Of a DNA stretch of 37,099 bases, positions 19,575 to 28,469 are shown piece by piece (the first letter of the stretch is position 1; each line of letters opens with the position of its first letter). This DNA comes from Pseudobdellovibrionaceae bacterium (GTDB taxonomy: Bacteria; Bdellovibrionota; Bdellovibrionia; Bdellovibrionales; UBA1609). The notes beneath the pieces are model-generated. The model was not told the DNA's origin, did not search any database, and worked only from the letters and a program-made list of their open reading frames with translations. The stretch lies in NCBI GenBank assembly GCA_030591685.1, contig JAUVAX010000025.1:1-37099 (forward strand), in the 5' to 3' direction. Made by a program: the position numbers and the translations under genes.

Positions 19575-20480
19575 TTGAAAAGGTTAATATTTCGAAAAAA
19601 AACCAAAGAGCGCTTGCCCACTCAGTTGGAGCTTAATATTGCTCGAGAGCAAGAGCCCGACCGTAATTTATCAAAAGGCGGGCGAAGTTTTTATTTTTTT
19701 GATTTTGATGACAACATAGCTTTTTTGCAAACCCCTATTTATTTGTTTCATAAAAAAACTAAAAAACCTTTAAAACTCAGTTCGAGGGAGTACGCCCTTT
19801 ACAGGGGTGAAGTCGGCTCTGAGGGTCACTTAAAAGACTACGAATACTGCTTTTCTAAAAAAGGAAGCTTTGCTGGGTTTAGGGATAAGGAGTTTTCAAG
19901 ACTAGAGAAATATTTTGGTTTAAAGCAAAACTTTGAAGCTGATGTGGAGCAAGCATTACAGCGAGAGGACTTTAATTGGAAGGGCCCCTCGTGGCATTGC
20001 TTTTATCATGCCGTTTTCAACCAAAGGCCGATTTCGTTAATTACAGCCCGTGGCCATCACCCAGAGACAATAAAAAAGGGGATTGACTGTTTTGTTAAAA
20101 AAGGTTTTTTGCCGGCAAAGCCTAATTTCTTAGATATTTACCCCGTCAATCACCCTGAGACACAAAGTGAGCTGGGTTACGCCTTGAGTGAGTCTCATGA
20201 CGTTGCCCAGTTAAAAAAAACAGCTATACGAAAAAGTGTTGAGCGTGCTTTTGAGGTTTACGGTAATAACCCACATCACAGGTTTGGCATGTCAGATGAT
20301 GACCCTAAAAATCTCGAAATGATTTATGAAGAAATGATCGAATTAAAAAAAGATTACCCTGAAAATTCATTTTTTGTGATTTTAACTCATAAGGGTCGAT
20401 TTGTTAAAAAAGAGATTTTTCAAAATGAGACCCTGAACACACTTTTAAAGGCAAAGCCGGAGCAGTTAACTTTGCTTTAA
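19575..20480 (+). CDS. Uncharacterised HAD-superfamily phosphatase-like protein
   Basis: FDFDDNI (motif I), ITARG (motif II), K in QLKK (motif III), MSDDDPKN (motif IV). TTG start follows GAGGGGG. Confidence 0.7.
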   Translation: MKRLIFRKKTKERLPTQLELNIAREQEPDRNLSKGGRSFYFFDFDDNIAFLQTPIYLFHKKTKKPLKLSSREYALYRGEVGSEGHLKDYEYCFSKKGSFAGFRDKEFSRLEKYFGLKQNFEADVEQALQREDFNWKGPSWHCFYHAVFNQRPISLITARGHHPETIKKGIDCFVKKGFLPAKPNFLDIYPVNHPETQSELGYALSESHDVAQLKKTAIRKSVERAFEVYGNNPHHRFGMSDDDPKNLEMIYEEMIELKKDYPENSFFVILTHKGRFVKKEIFQNETLNTLLKAKPEQLTLL

Positions 20481-20786
20481 GCCGTGAGAGATGAGCGCCT
20501 TCCGTCAGGCATGAGTGTAAAATTATGGTGCACAAAAAAATAAGTAAATATTTAACTGAAAGCCGGTAAGGCCCTGAGTGGCCTCAGCTTTGATATGTTA
20601 ACTTTGGTGTATAAATATAACACTAATGAATGTTTTAATCGTAAACAACCTCTAAAATGGGGCGATAATATTGGTGAATTCAGACTTATTTTATTATAAG
20701 ATGTAATCGCATTTTGAGTCTATTAGGGATCAAAACACGTAACATAATACTTTTTATTATTCTCGGTCAAAGAGGTAATAACATTA

Positions 20787-20813
20787 TAGATTTACTCCTT
20801 AAAGCACCGATAT
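20787..20813 (+). promoter_or_regulatory. Putative sigma28 (FliA) promoter
   Basis: TAGA-N15-ACCGATAT versus consensus TAAA-N15-GCCGATAA, upstream of the S41 protease gene. Confidence 0.5.
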
Positions 20814-20861
20814 GTTTTGGTAACCAATAGAAATAACTACTTTTTTAGAAAGGCCCTATAA

Positions 20862-22925
20862 ATGAAGCTAAAAATCACGACTTCAATTTTAACAGCTTTA
20901 GTTTTTTTATCGTTAAGCACAGCGTTCGGGCAGGCACTGGGCTCTGGGGGGTTAAAGTTAAGCTGCGAACATTTAGACTTTATTGAGCAACGATACATTG
21001 TTGAACATATAAATTTTAAAACATACACGCCTGAGTTAGAAAATCGGGTTATTGAGCAGTATGTTAAGCACTTAGATAGCTCAAAAATGTATTTACGACA
21101 AGCCGATGTTAACCTAGTACGTAGGAGCTTGAAGGGTATATTTGTAAAAATTAAAAACAGAGACTGTCGTTCTATTGCAGCCACGTATAAGCTGTACATT
21201 AAAAGAGTTCAAGAGCGAGTGGTTTTTGCAAAAAAAATATTAGGTGATAAATTTAAGTTTAATAAAAAAACCCAACTCGTTTTAGACTCAAAATCAAGAA
21301 AATACCCTAAAAACTTAAGTGAACAAAATAGATTTCACTCAAAGTATATACAGTTTCAGGTAGCAAATTTTGTCACAAGTGACATGAGCCTTAAAGAGGC
21401 TAAAGAGCATGTTATTAGGTCTTATGATCGGTCATTAAAAAGAGTTAAAAGTAAAAAGTTAAGTGAACTTTATGTCATTTATATGGATGCTTTTGCCAGA
21501 GGTTTAGACCCTCACTCGAGTTATTTTTCGAGAGACCAACTTGAAGATTTTAAAATCTCAATGAGTTTATCACTTGAAGGCATAGGGGCCACCTTAAGTT
21601 CAAAAGACGGGTTCACTGTTATTGAACAACTAATTACTGGTGGGGCTGCTTTTAGGTCTGGACAATTAAAACCTAAAGACAAAATCACTGCCGTGTCTCA
21701 AGCTAAAGGTAAATTATTTTTAAAGCCAGTGAATGTGATTGAAATGGAGTTGAGAGAGGTCGTTCGCTACATTCGTGGTAAAAAGGGCACTAAAGTTAAA
21801 CTATCAATTTTAAGAAAAGAGGGCAAAGAGAGCAAGCGCCTTGAGGTGGTTTTAATTAGAGATAAAATTAAATTAGAAGACGAGGCTGCGAACATCAATT
21901 ACCTAGATCGAGTTATTAATGGAAAGACTCAAAAAATAGCGGTCTTAAACCTGCCGTCTTTTTACGCCGACAGTTCTAAAAAAGATGGTCGGTCGGCAGC
22001 TAATGATATGAAAACTATTTTAAAAGAGGCGCGAAGTAAAAATATTTCAGGTTTAGTGCTTGATTTGTCCACTAATGGGGGCGGGTCTCTTGATGATGCT
22101 GTCAAAATTGCGGGTTTATTTTTTAAAACAGGTAATGTGGTTAAGCAGTCTCAAAAGGATCTTTCTAAGGGGCAAATCCCCTTGGCGGATAAAGACCAAG
22201 CTGTTGACTTTGCAGGGCCTGTGGTGATTTTAACGAGTCGTATTAGTGCATCGGCCTCAGAGATTGTGGCGGGGACTTTAAAGGACTATAAAAGAGCCAT
22301 TATTGTAGGGGGCGATCACACCTTCGGTAAGGGCAGTATACAGTCGGTTCATTATCTCCCTCAAAATCTAGGGGCTTGGAAGACGACAGTAGGTATGTTT
22401 TTCACAGCCGGTGGGGCTTCAACTCAGCATCTCGGTGTTGAGGCTGATATTAAAATACCAAGTGTTTACTCGACAGATGAAATTGGAGAGAAAAACCTAG
22501 ACTACTCACTACCGCCTAAAAAAATCAGCTCCTTTAAGTCAAAAGATGCTTATGTTGAAAAGGGCAAAATTGGAGCATGGACAGTGGTGGATCGTTCACT
22601 AATAAGTACTCTGAAAGCGAAATCTAAAAAACGAGTGGCCGCAAATAAAGACTTTAAAGAAATTATAAAAGATATGAAAAAAGCTAAAAAGCGCGGCAAG
22701 GTGATGAAGGTCAGTGAGCTTTTTGAGGATGAGGCTAAGAAAAAGTCAGACAAAAAGAAAAGCGAAGACTCTAAAACCTTATCAAAGGCCGAGAAAATTA
22801 AAAAGTATTTAAAGCGTGCCGACGTTGTCGAGGCTGTAAATGTATTAGCTGATATTTTAACTTTATCTAGTGGTGCTGAGATCACTATTGGTTCAAAGGG
22901 TAAAAAAGAATTTTTAAAAAACTAA
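20862..22925 (+). CDS. prc: Tail-specific (carboxy-terminal processing) protease, S41A
   Basis: Signal peptide, LDPHSSYF, PDZ (LEGIGA), catalytic SASASEI and TFGKG. Confidence 0.92.
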   Translation: MKLKITTSILTALVFLSLSTAFGQALGSGGLKLSCEHLDFIEQRYIVEHINFKTYTPELENRVIEQYVKHLDSSKMYLRQADVNLVRRSLKGIFVKIKNRDCRSIAATYKLYIKRVQERVVFAKKILGDKFKFNKKTQLVLDSKSRKYPKNLSEQNRFHSKYIQFQVANFVTSDMSLKEAKEHVIRSYDRSLKRVKSKKLSELYVIYMDAFARGLDPHSSYFSRDQLEDFKISMSLSLEGIGATLSSKDGFTVIEQLITGGAAFRSGQLKPKDKITAVSQAKGKLFLKPVNVIEMELREVVRYIRGKKGTKVKLSILRKEGKESKRLEVVLIRDKIKLEDEAANINYLDRVINGKTQKIAVLNLPSFYADSSKKDGRSAANDMKTILKEARSKNISGLVLDLSTNGGGSLDDAVKIAGLFFKTGNVVKQSQKDLSKGQIPLADKDQAVDFAGPVVILTSRISASASEIVAGTLKDYKRAIIVGGDHTFGKGSIQSVHYLPQNLGAWKTTVGMFFTAGGASTQHLGVEADIKIPSVYSTDEIGEKNLDYSLPPKKISSFKSKDAYVEKGKIGAWTVVDRSLISTLKAKSKKRVAANKDFKEIIKDMKKAKKRGKVMKVSELFEDEAKKKSDKKKSEDSKTLSKAEKIKKYLKRADVVEAVNVLADILTLSSGAEITIGSKGKKEFLKN

Positions 22926-22957
22926 CGGTTCTTTTTTAAAACTTGGTTTTTAGCCAC

Positions 22958-22989
22958 AGCTCGTATTTTAAAATGCGGGCTTTTTTTTT
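22958..22989 (+). terminator. Intrinsic terminator
   Basis: AGCTCGTATT/AATGCGGGCT stem with G-U pairs, followed by a long T run. Confidence 0.85.
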
Positions 22990-23241
22990 GTTAAAGCACA
23001 TTAACGTAAAACTGGCGGCGCGCAGCTGAAACCCTATGAGGCCCTGGCTTTGACATTGGTAGCCGCACGCGGGCCCTTTTTGTGATTTAAAATTAAGCTT
23101 ATTCAAAGTGAACGTTTCTCAGTGAGGGGCATGGTTTAGAAAAATCGGCCTTTGACTTTTTTCTCTCCAGAGATTAACTCTATTACCTATTAATTGAAGG
23201 TTACAATTAGCGCAATGCTGCGCATTAATCAGGATGGGTCA

Positions 23242-24279
23242 ATGGCACAATCTGTAGCTCATAAGGTGGATACTAAGCCAGGTTCAATGGCCCTGCCACT
23301 ATCAAAAGATTTGTTATTAAATCTGCATAATATGATGGTGAAGTCTCGGGCTTTAGAAGAGCGATTAATTAAGATTTATAAAACAGGAGAGGCTTTTTTT
23401 TGGATCGGTGGGCCGGGAGAAGAAGCTTTTGGAGTCCCTTTAGGTTTATTGGCCAACAAGGGAGAAGGTAAAGAGCACGACTGGATGCACTTACATTACA
23501 GGTGCACGCCAACCATGGTGGCTCTTGGTATGCCCATGATAGATTCGATTCGTTTAATTATGAATAAGGCTACCGATCAGAGCACCGGTGGGAGAAACTT
23601 TTCAAACCATTACTCGTACCCTAAAATGAATGTGGCCCCTGTAACATCACCTATTGAGGTGCAGTACTCTTTTGCCATTGGCACAGCTTGGGCTCAAAAA
23701 AGAGACCAAGCCAAGGGTATTTCGGTTGTTACTGGTGGTGATGCCGGAACAGCAGAGGGGGACTTTGCAAGTTGTCTTATTTGGGCCAGCCGCCCGGGTA
23801 AAGAGCTGCCTATGTTAATCACTGTTCAAAATAATAAGTGGGGGATTTCGACAAGCTACGACTCTCAGCATGGCGAGACGCATACCTGCGACAGGGCGAA
23901 GGCCTTTAATATTAAAACAATGGTCATTAACGGAAACGACCCCATTGAGTCATATATTGAGTTACAAAAGGCCTATGAGTACATTCGAAAAGAAAAAAAG
24001 CCTGTTTGTTTAGAGGCTCGGGTGTCCAGGCTTTACGGCCACTCTTCAGCTGACGGTGCTAATAAAAGGGATGAGGCTTGTTGTATTTTGACTTTTGAAA
24101 AAAAGCTAATGGACTGGGGTTTATTAACTCAAAAAGATATTTCTAAAATTTGGGAAGGTTATGAAGCCGAAGCCCGGGCCGCTATGGAGCAGGTTCGCAC
24201 AGAACCCGAACCCTTGCCTGATTCTATATGGGACCAGGTGTACGTGGGCAATGAGAATGCCGACTGGAGAAACTTTTAA
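23242..24279 (+). CDS. 2-oxoacid (probably branched-chain) dehydrogenase E1 alpha
   Basis: ThDP-binding motif GDAGTAEGDF..NNKWGIS, plus HYR and RLYGHSSAD. ATG 23242 follows AGGA. Confidence 0.9.
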   Translation: MAQSVAHKVDTKPGSMALPLSKDLLLNLHNMMVKSRALEERLIKIYKTGEAFFWIGGPGEEAFGVPLGLLANKGEGKEHDWMHLHYRCTPTMVALGMPMIDSIRLIMNKATDQSTGGRNFSNHYSYPKMNVAPVTSPIEVQYSFAIGTAWAQKRDQAKGISVVTGGDAGTAEGDFASCLIWASRPGKELPMLITVQNNKWGISTSYDSQHGETHTCDRAKAFNIKTMVINGNDPIESYIELQKAYEYIRKEKKPVCLEARVSRLYGHSSADGANKRDEACCILTFEKKLMDWGLLTQKDISKIWEGYEAEARAAMEQVRTEPEPLPDSIWDQVYVGNENADWRNF

Positions 24280-25334
24280 TGGCAAATATGGCACAGGCTA
24301 TTCGGTTGGCCCTACACTATGCAGAAAAGAATTTAGAGCTTAAAGATATTTTTGGGCAAGATGTGGGCGCTCCTCTGGGAGGGGTCTTTACCGCCACCCA
24401 AGGGCTTAAAACCACATGGAATACCCCTTTAGATGAAAGGGGTATCATAGGTTGCGCCACAGGGATCGCCATGACCGGGGATCGTTGTGTGGCCGAGATT
24501 CAATTTGGAGATTATATTTTTAACACCATTGATTTACTTAAAATGGTGGGCAATACCCTTTGGACCACGAACGGAAACCAAAAATTACCAATGGTTGTTA
24601 TGACCCCTGTAGGGGCTGGTATAAGGGGCTCTGTTTATCATAGTCATAGCTTTGATGCTCAAGCCTCTCGTATGCCTGGTTGGAAGGTGGTGATCCCCTC
24701 TAACCCATTAGATGCTTATGGTTTAATGCTTTCGGCTATTAAAGACCCAAACCCTGTACTGTATTTAAACCCTAAGGCTTTAATGCGTGTTCGTGGTAAA
24801 GAGCTTATACCTGGAGAGCCGAAGGTTGAAAAACAATTAAAGTCTATGATTGATGCCCCTGTGGGGGACCGGTCTCAGTGGGCCCCTCGCTGGCCAGAGG
24901 TTGAAGAGTACATTGTACCTATTGGTAAGGGGCAAATTACACGCTCAGGCCATAGGGCTACGGTTGTGAGTTATGGGCGAACCCTACATGTGTGCAACGA
25001 GGTTGCTGATGAGTTAAAAACACAAGGTGTTGAAGTTGAGGTTATAGACCTGAGGTCCATTTACCCTTATGACTGGCAGCTTATTAAATCCAGTGTACGA
25101 AAAACGGGCCGTGTATTATTTGTTAATGAAGACACAGAGGTGACTAATTTTGGGGAGCACTTGGCTTACAGATGCACTAAAGAGCTGTTTTACGAGCTTA
25201 TGGCGCCACCTAGAGTAGTTGCGGGTAAAAATGTACCAGGCATAGGGTTGCACCCTAACCTAGAGGACAACACCGTGCCTCAAAAACCACGAGTCCAACA
25301 AGAGATCCTTAGCCTTTTAAGTGAAAACCCCTAG
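24279..25334 (+). CDS. 2-oxoacid dehydrogenase E1 beta
   Basis: GGVF, NTPLDERG, AEIQFGDY, YHSHS, VIDLRS and KTGR motifs; TAATG coupling to the alpha gene. Confidence 0.92.
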   Translation: MANMAQAIRLALHYAEKNLELKDIFGQDVGAPLGGVFTATQGLKTTWNTPLDERGIIGCATGIAMTGDRCVAEIQFGDYIFNTIDLLKMVGNTLWTTNGNQKLPMVVMTPVGAGIRGSVYHSHSFDAQASRMPGWKVVIPSNPLDAYGLMLSAIKDPNPVLYLNPKALMRVRGKELIPGEPKVEKQLKSMIDAPVGDRSQWAPRWPEVEEYIVPIGKGQITRSGHRATVVSYGRTLHVCNEVADELKTQGVEVEVIDLRSIYPYDWQLIKSSVRKTGRVLFVNEDTEVTNFGEHLAYRCTKELFYELMAPPRVVAGKNVPGIGLHPNLEDNTVPQKPRVQQEILSLLSENP

Positions 25335-25422
25335 CCTGAGGGGCTTTTAAGGTGACTTGGGTTATTTTATACCGCCTGGCTCGACGCAATGAACCTATTG
25401 TGTGAGGTGGTCTTAAGATTCT

Positions 25423-25451
25423 TTGACCGGAGACTTAGGCTTAGCTAAACT
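25423..25451 (+). promoter_or_regulatory. Putative sigma70 promoter
   Basis: TTGACC-N17-TAAACT, 36 nt upstream of the methyltransferase start. Confidence 0.6.
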
Positions 25452-25487
25452 TTCGATTCATCAAACACTTAACCAGCCTAGGATACA

Positions 25488-26315
25488 ATGACGATGTCTA
25501 AAAAAAGTGCAGTAAAAAAAAGAGCAACAACACTAAAGCCATTTGATAAATATTTGTATTATAAAAAATCAGTACAGTCCCCAGATACAGATGTTGAATT
25601 TTTAAGAGACACTTATAAAGAGCTTCGAGGCACTGATGCTAGAGTTATGCGCGAAGATTTTTGTGGGACCTTTAGCATTTGTTGTGAATGGGTAAAACTA
25701 AATAAAAACAACAAGGCTATTGGGGTGGACTTAGACCCAGAGCCGATCCACTACGGTAAAAACAACTACCAACCCTTATTAACAGACGAGCAGCAGTCGC
25801 GAGTTAAAGTTTTAGAGAAAAACGTAATGGATGCCTCTCTGCCAAAGGCCGATATCATTTCGGCACAAAACTTTTCATATTATATCTTTAAATCACGTGA
25901 GGTTTTAAAGTCTTATTTTAAAAATGCATACAAGACCTTAAATAATGGAGGTCTGTTTATTGTGGATTCATTTGGAGGCTCTCAGTGTCAAGAGGCCAAC
26001 GAAGAAGAAACCGAGCATGATGGGTTTTCGTACTTTTGGGATCAAGACAAATTTGACCCTGTAACAAATGATGGTTTGTTTTTTATTCACTTTAAAAGAA
26101 AGGGTGAAAAAAAACGAGAAAAGGTTTTTGTATATGATTGGCGTATGTGGTCGATCCCTGAAATTCGAGAAATAATGGAAGAGGCCGGTTTTAAGACCAC
26201 CCATGTTTATTGGGAAGGGACTGACAAGGACGGCGAAGGTAACGGAGAATTTAGCCGTATCAAAGAGGGCGAAGAGTGCGAATCTTGGGTCGCCTATATT
26301 GCGGGTGAAAAATAA
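25488..26315 (+). CDS. Class I SAM-dependent methyltransferase
   Basis: REDFCGT (motif I-like), GVDLD, GGLFIVD and YDWRMWS. Confidence 0.85.
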   Translation: MTMSKKSAVKKRATTLKPFDKYLYYKKSVQSPDTDVEFLRDTYKELRGTDARVMREDFCGTFSICCEWVKLNKNNKAIGVDLDPEPIHYGKNNYQPLLTDEQQSRVKVLEKNVMDASLPKADIISAQNFSYYIFKSREVLKSYFKNAYKTLNNGGLFIVDSFGGSQCQEANEEETEHDGFSYFWDQDKFDPVTNDGLFFIHFKRKGEKKREKVFVYDWRMWSIPEIREIMEEAGFKTTHVYWEGTDKDGEGNGEFSRIKEGEECESWVAYIAGEK

Positions 26316-26338
26316 ATAATTTTTTTAAAGTATTTTTT

Positions 26339-26371
26339 AAAGGCCCGCTTTTTAAGTAGGGCCTTTTTTTT
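26339..26371. terminator. Intrinsic terminator between convergent genes
   Basis: AAAGGCCC..GGGCCTTT stem followed by a T run. Confidence 0.75.
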
Positions 26372-27080
26372 ATAAAAATTGGCCTAAAAAAGAGGGTATA
26401 AACACCTCTGTACGCAGGGGCCTGTGACCTAGGCTAATAGTTTTAAACCCACATTGGTTAAATTTATCAATTTCAAAATCAGTAAATCCCCTCTCTGGAC
26501 CCACAGCAAGGACGGCCGGGGTAGTAAGCTTTGCAGAGTTAAATTTTTCAGCCTTATAGGGGTGGGCCACAAGGGCGGACTTGTTTTTTATTATATGCGG
26601 GGCTTTGTCTTCGATAAAGGGTTTAAAAAGCTTATGGGTTTTGAGGGTTGGCATTACAGTGTCTTTTGATTGTTCAAGGCCTTTAAAAAAATAATTTTCA
26701 TACGACTTATTATTTAAAACAGGCGAAGACCAATAGCTTTTTTCAACATAAAAACTGTGAATAAGGTGAATATTTTTAACCCCCAGCATGCTAGTACTTG
26801 TTAAAATACGTTTGATCATTTTAGGGCGGTTCATGGCGAGTATTAAAGTGATGTCCATAGCCGGTGGGGGGTCGAGAGTCAGTTCAGTAAAAATAGACGA
26901 AGAGCTCTCAGAGCAATTAACAACAGTACCGGCACCAAGTTTGCCGTTTAAAAGGCCAACGGTGAGCCGGTCATGGGGCTTGGCTTTAAGAATATTTTTT
27001 ATATGCTCATGCCGAGGCCCGGTTAAAGTGGCCGCATTTGGCGAAGTAAAGTCTTCAGGGGTAAGTAAGATCATATTCAT
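26370..27080 (-). CDS. rsmE: 16S rRNA m3U1498 methyltransferase
   Basis: HIKNIL, LGV, EQS and SPOUT motifs VGPERGF and SLGHRPLRTE. Confidence 0.92.
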   Translation of the reverse strand: MNMILLTPEDFTSPNAATLTGPRHEHIKNILKAKPHDRLTVGLLNGKLGAGTVVNCSESSSSIFTELTLDPPPAMDITLILAMNRPKMIKRILTSTSMLGVKNIHLIHSFYVEKSYWSSPVLNNKSYENYFFKGLEQSKDTVMPTLKTHKLFKPFIEDKAPHIIKNKSALVAHPYKAEKFNSAKLTTPAVLAVGPERGFTDFEIDKFNQCGFKTISLGHRPLRTEVFIPSFLGQFL

Positions 27081-27126
27081 AGAGCACAAACCTTTAAGGG
27101 TTTTTTACTAAAAAAAGGGGGTGAGG

Positions 27127-27648
27127 TTAACTGTTTTTAAGCTCATCCATGGTAAAGAGGCTCTGTACTTGTAAACCGATACCGGTGAGGTTCTCAGGCT
27201 CTCCTTTGCCCCGGTAAATAACACATAAAACAGCATCGATAAGAGCGCCTCGCTCCCTGAGCTCTTTTGTGCTTTCAATAACTTGGCCGCCAGTTGTGAT
27301 GACGTCTTCGATAATACAAATTTGCTGACCGTTCACCTCAAGCCCCTCAGCGAGTTTGCAGGTCCCATAGGTTTTGGCTTCTTTTCGGACAAAGACAACG
27401 GGGATCCCAGTAATTAAGCTGATGGCTGTGGCAATAGGTATGCCGCCCATTTCAAGGGCAGCAAGGGCCTCGGTGCCATCAGGGATCATGTAGGACATTT
27501 CCTTTGCAATGGCTTGTAAAAGGTGGGGCTGTGATTCAAAGCGGTACTTGTCAAAGTACTCGTTAGATATTTGCCCACTACGGAGTTTAAACTCTCCCTT
27601 AAGGTGTGAGATTTCTAAAATAGCTTTGGCCAGTTCGGGTCTTTTCAT
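27127..27648 (-). CDS. pyrE: Orotate phosphoribosyltransferase
   Basis: GEFKLRSG, VRKEAKTYG and PRPP-binding IEDVITTGG. Confidence 0.92.
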   Translation of the reverse strand: MKRPELAKAILEISHLKGEFKLRSGQISNEYFDKYRFESQPHLLQAIAKEMSYMIPDGTEALAALEMGGIPIATAISLITGIPVVFVRKEAKTYGTCKLAEGLEVNGQQICIIEDVITTGGQVIESTKELRERGALIDAVLCVIYRGKGEPENLTGIGLQVQSLFTMDELKNS

Positions 27649-27933
27649 GGTCTGTCGTCCTTTTTAAAAAAGTGTAACTTAACAAATTCACTGCAATTTA
27701 GGTATTGGACTTTAAGGTGAGATTGCGCGTCATTTGATTTGAGTAGAGAAAGGCCATCGCTAAAGTCAACGCTGAGCCACTACAGCCGGTGTGACCTTCT
27801 TTGTCGTTAGCGAGATTCTCACTTTTCTGGAGGTAGTAACATTTTGTCTCCAGAGATTTAACAAGGCCACCTACAACTGAGGTCAAAAGGTGACTGAAAC
27901 TAAGGGTTAAGTAACAACACTGACACACTATTT

Positions 27934-27950
27934 TTGGCACACATTATGCT
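27934..27950 (+). promoter_or_regulatory. Putative sigma54 -24/-12 promoter
   Basis: TTGGCACACATTATGCT has one mismatch to TGGCAC-N5-TTGCW and correct GG-N10-GC spacing. Confidence 0.6.
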
Positions 27951-27988
27951 TTTAATTAAAAGTAAGAAGCTATTTTTGGGGGTTATCT

Positions 27989-28078
27989 TTGTCGATTAAG
28001 TCTATTTACTTCATTTTATTTACGCTGACGTTTTTTATGTTCGTGTTAACAAGGTTTGTTTTTCTTTCTCCAACTTAA
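27989..28078 (+). CDS. Putative 29-aa hydrophobic small protein (MSIKSIYFILFTLTFFMFVLTRFVFLSPT)
   Basis: GGGGG SD 6 nt before a TTG start, just downstream of the sigma54-like site, with one TM-length hydrophobic stretch. It is below the ORF-track cutoff. Confidence 0.45.
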   Translation: MSIKSIYFILFTLTFFMFVLTRFVFLSPT

Positions 28079-28136
28079 TTAAAGCTAGGGTAGATATTAT
28101 ATATGTATAAAAAAGGATTTAAAAAACAAATAAAAG

Positions 28137-28460
28137 TTACCCTTTTAGGGTCGACTCAAGCCATTGTAGGTAGGGTCCATGCCCTCCTAAAAAAGGGATC
28201 GCAACAATGGCAGGACACTCATAGGGGTGTTGAGCCAGGAGTGTTTCCTCTACTTTAGAAAACAAACCTTCTTTTGTTTTAAGGATCATTACGGTTTCGG
28301 AAGTCTCTTGAAGCTGAGAGTCCCACATGTATATTGACTGCATACCGGGTATTAGGTTTGCGCAGGCAACAAGTTGGCTTTGAATTAGTTTTTTTGCCGC
28401 GAGTTTTGCGGTGCTTTGGTCGGGCCATGTGGTGTAAATAAAAATTAATTTTTCGTTCAT
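28137..28460 (-). CDS. cutA: Divalent-cation tolerance protein CutA
   Basis: LVACAN, SIYMW and HPYECPAI motifs. Confidence 0.93.
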   Translation of the reverse strand: MNEKLIFIYTTWPDQSTAKLAAKKLIQSQLVACANLIPGMQSIYMWDSQLQETSETVMILKTKEGLFSKVEETLLAQHPYECPAIVAIPFLGGHGPYLQWLESTLKG

Positions 28461-28469
28461 GAGTGACTG

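Noticed and set aside
23012..23080. TPP riboswitch upstream of the ThDP-dependent E1 genes
   Set aside because: A GC-rich hairpin exists (GGCCC/GGGCC, TGGCT/AGCCG), but the UGAGA, CCUGAU and GCGnAGGGA elements are absent.
27840..27900. Glycine riboswitch (CTCTGGAGA on the minus strand, also near 23170)
   Set aside because: It lacks CCGAAG and CUCUCAGG in the required order and strand.
27698..27940. 80-aa minus-strand ORF
   Set aside because: No SD and no recognisable motifs; it overlaps the structured segment and the sigma54 site.
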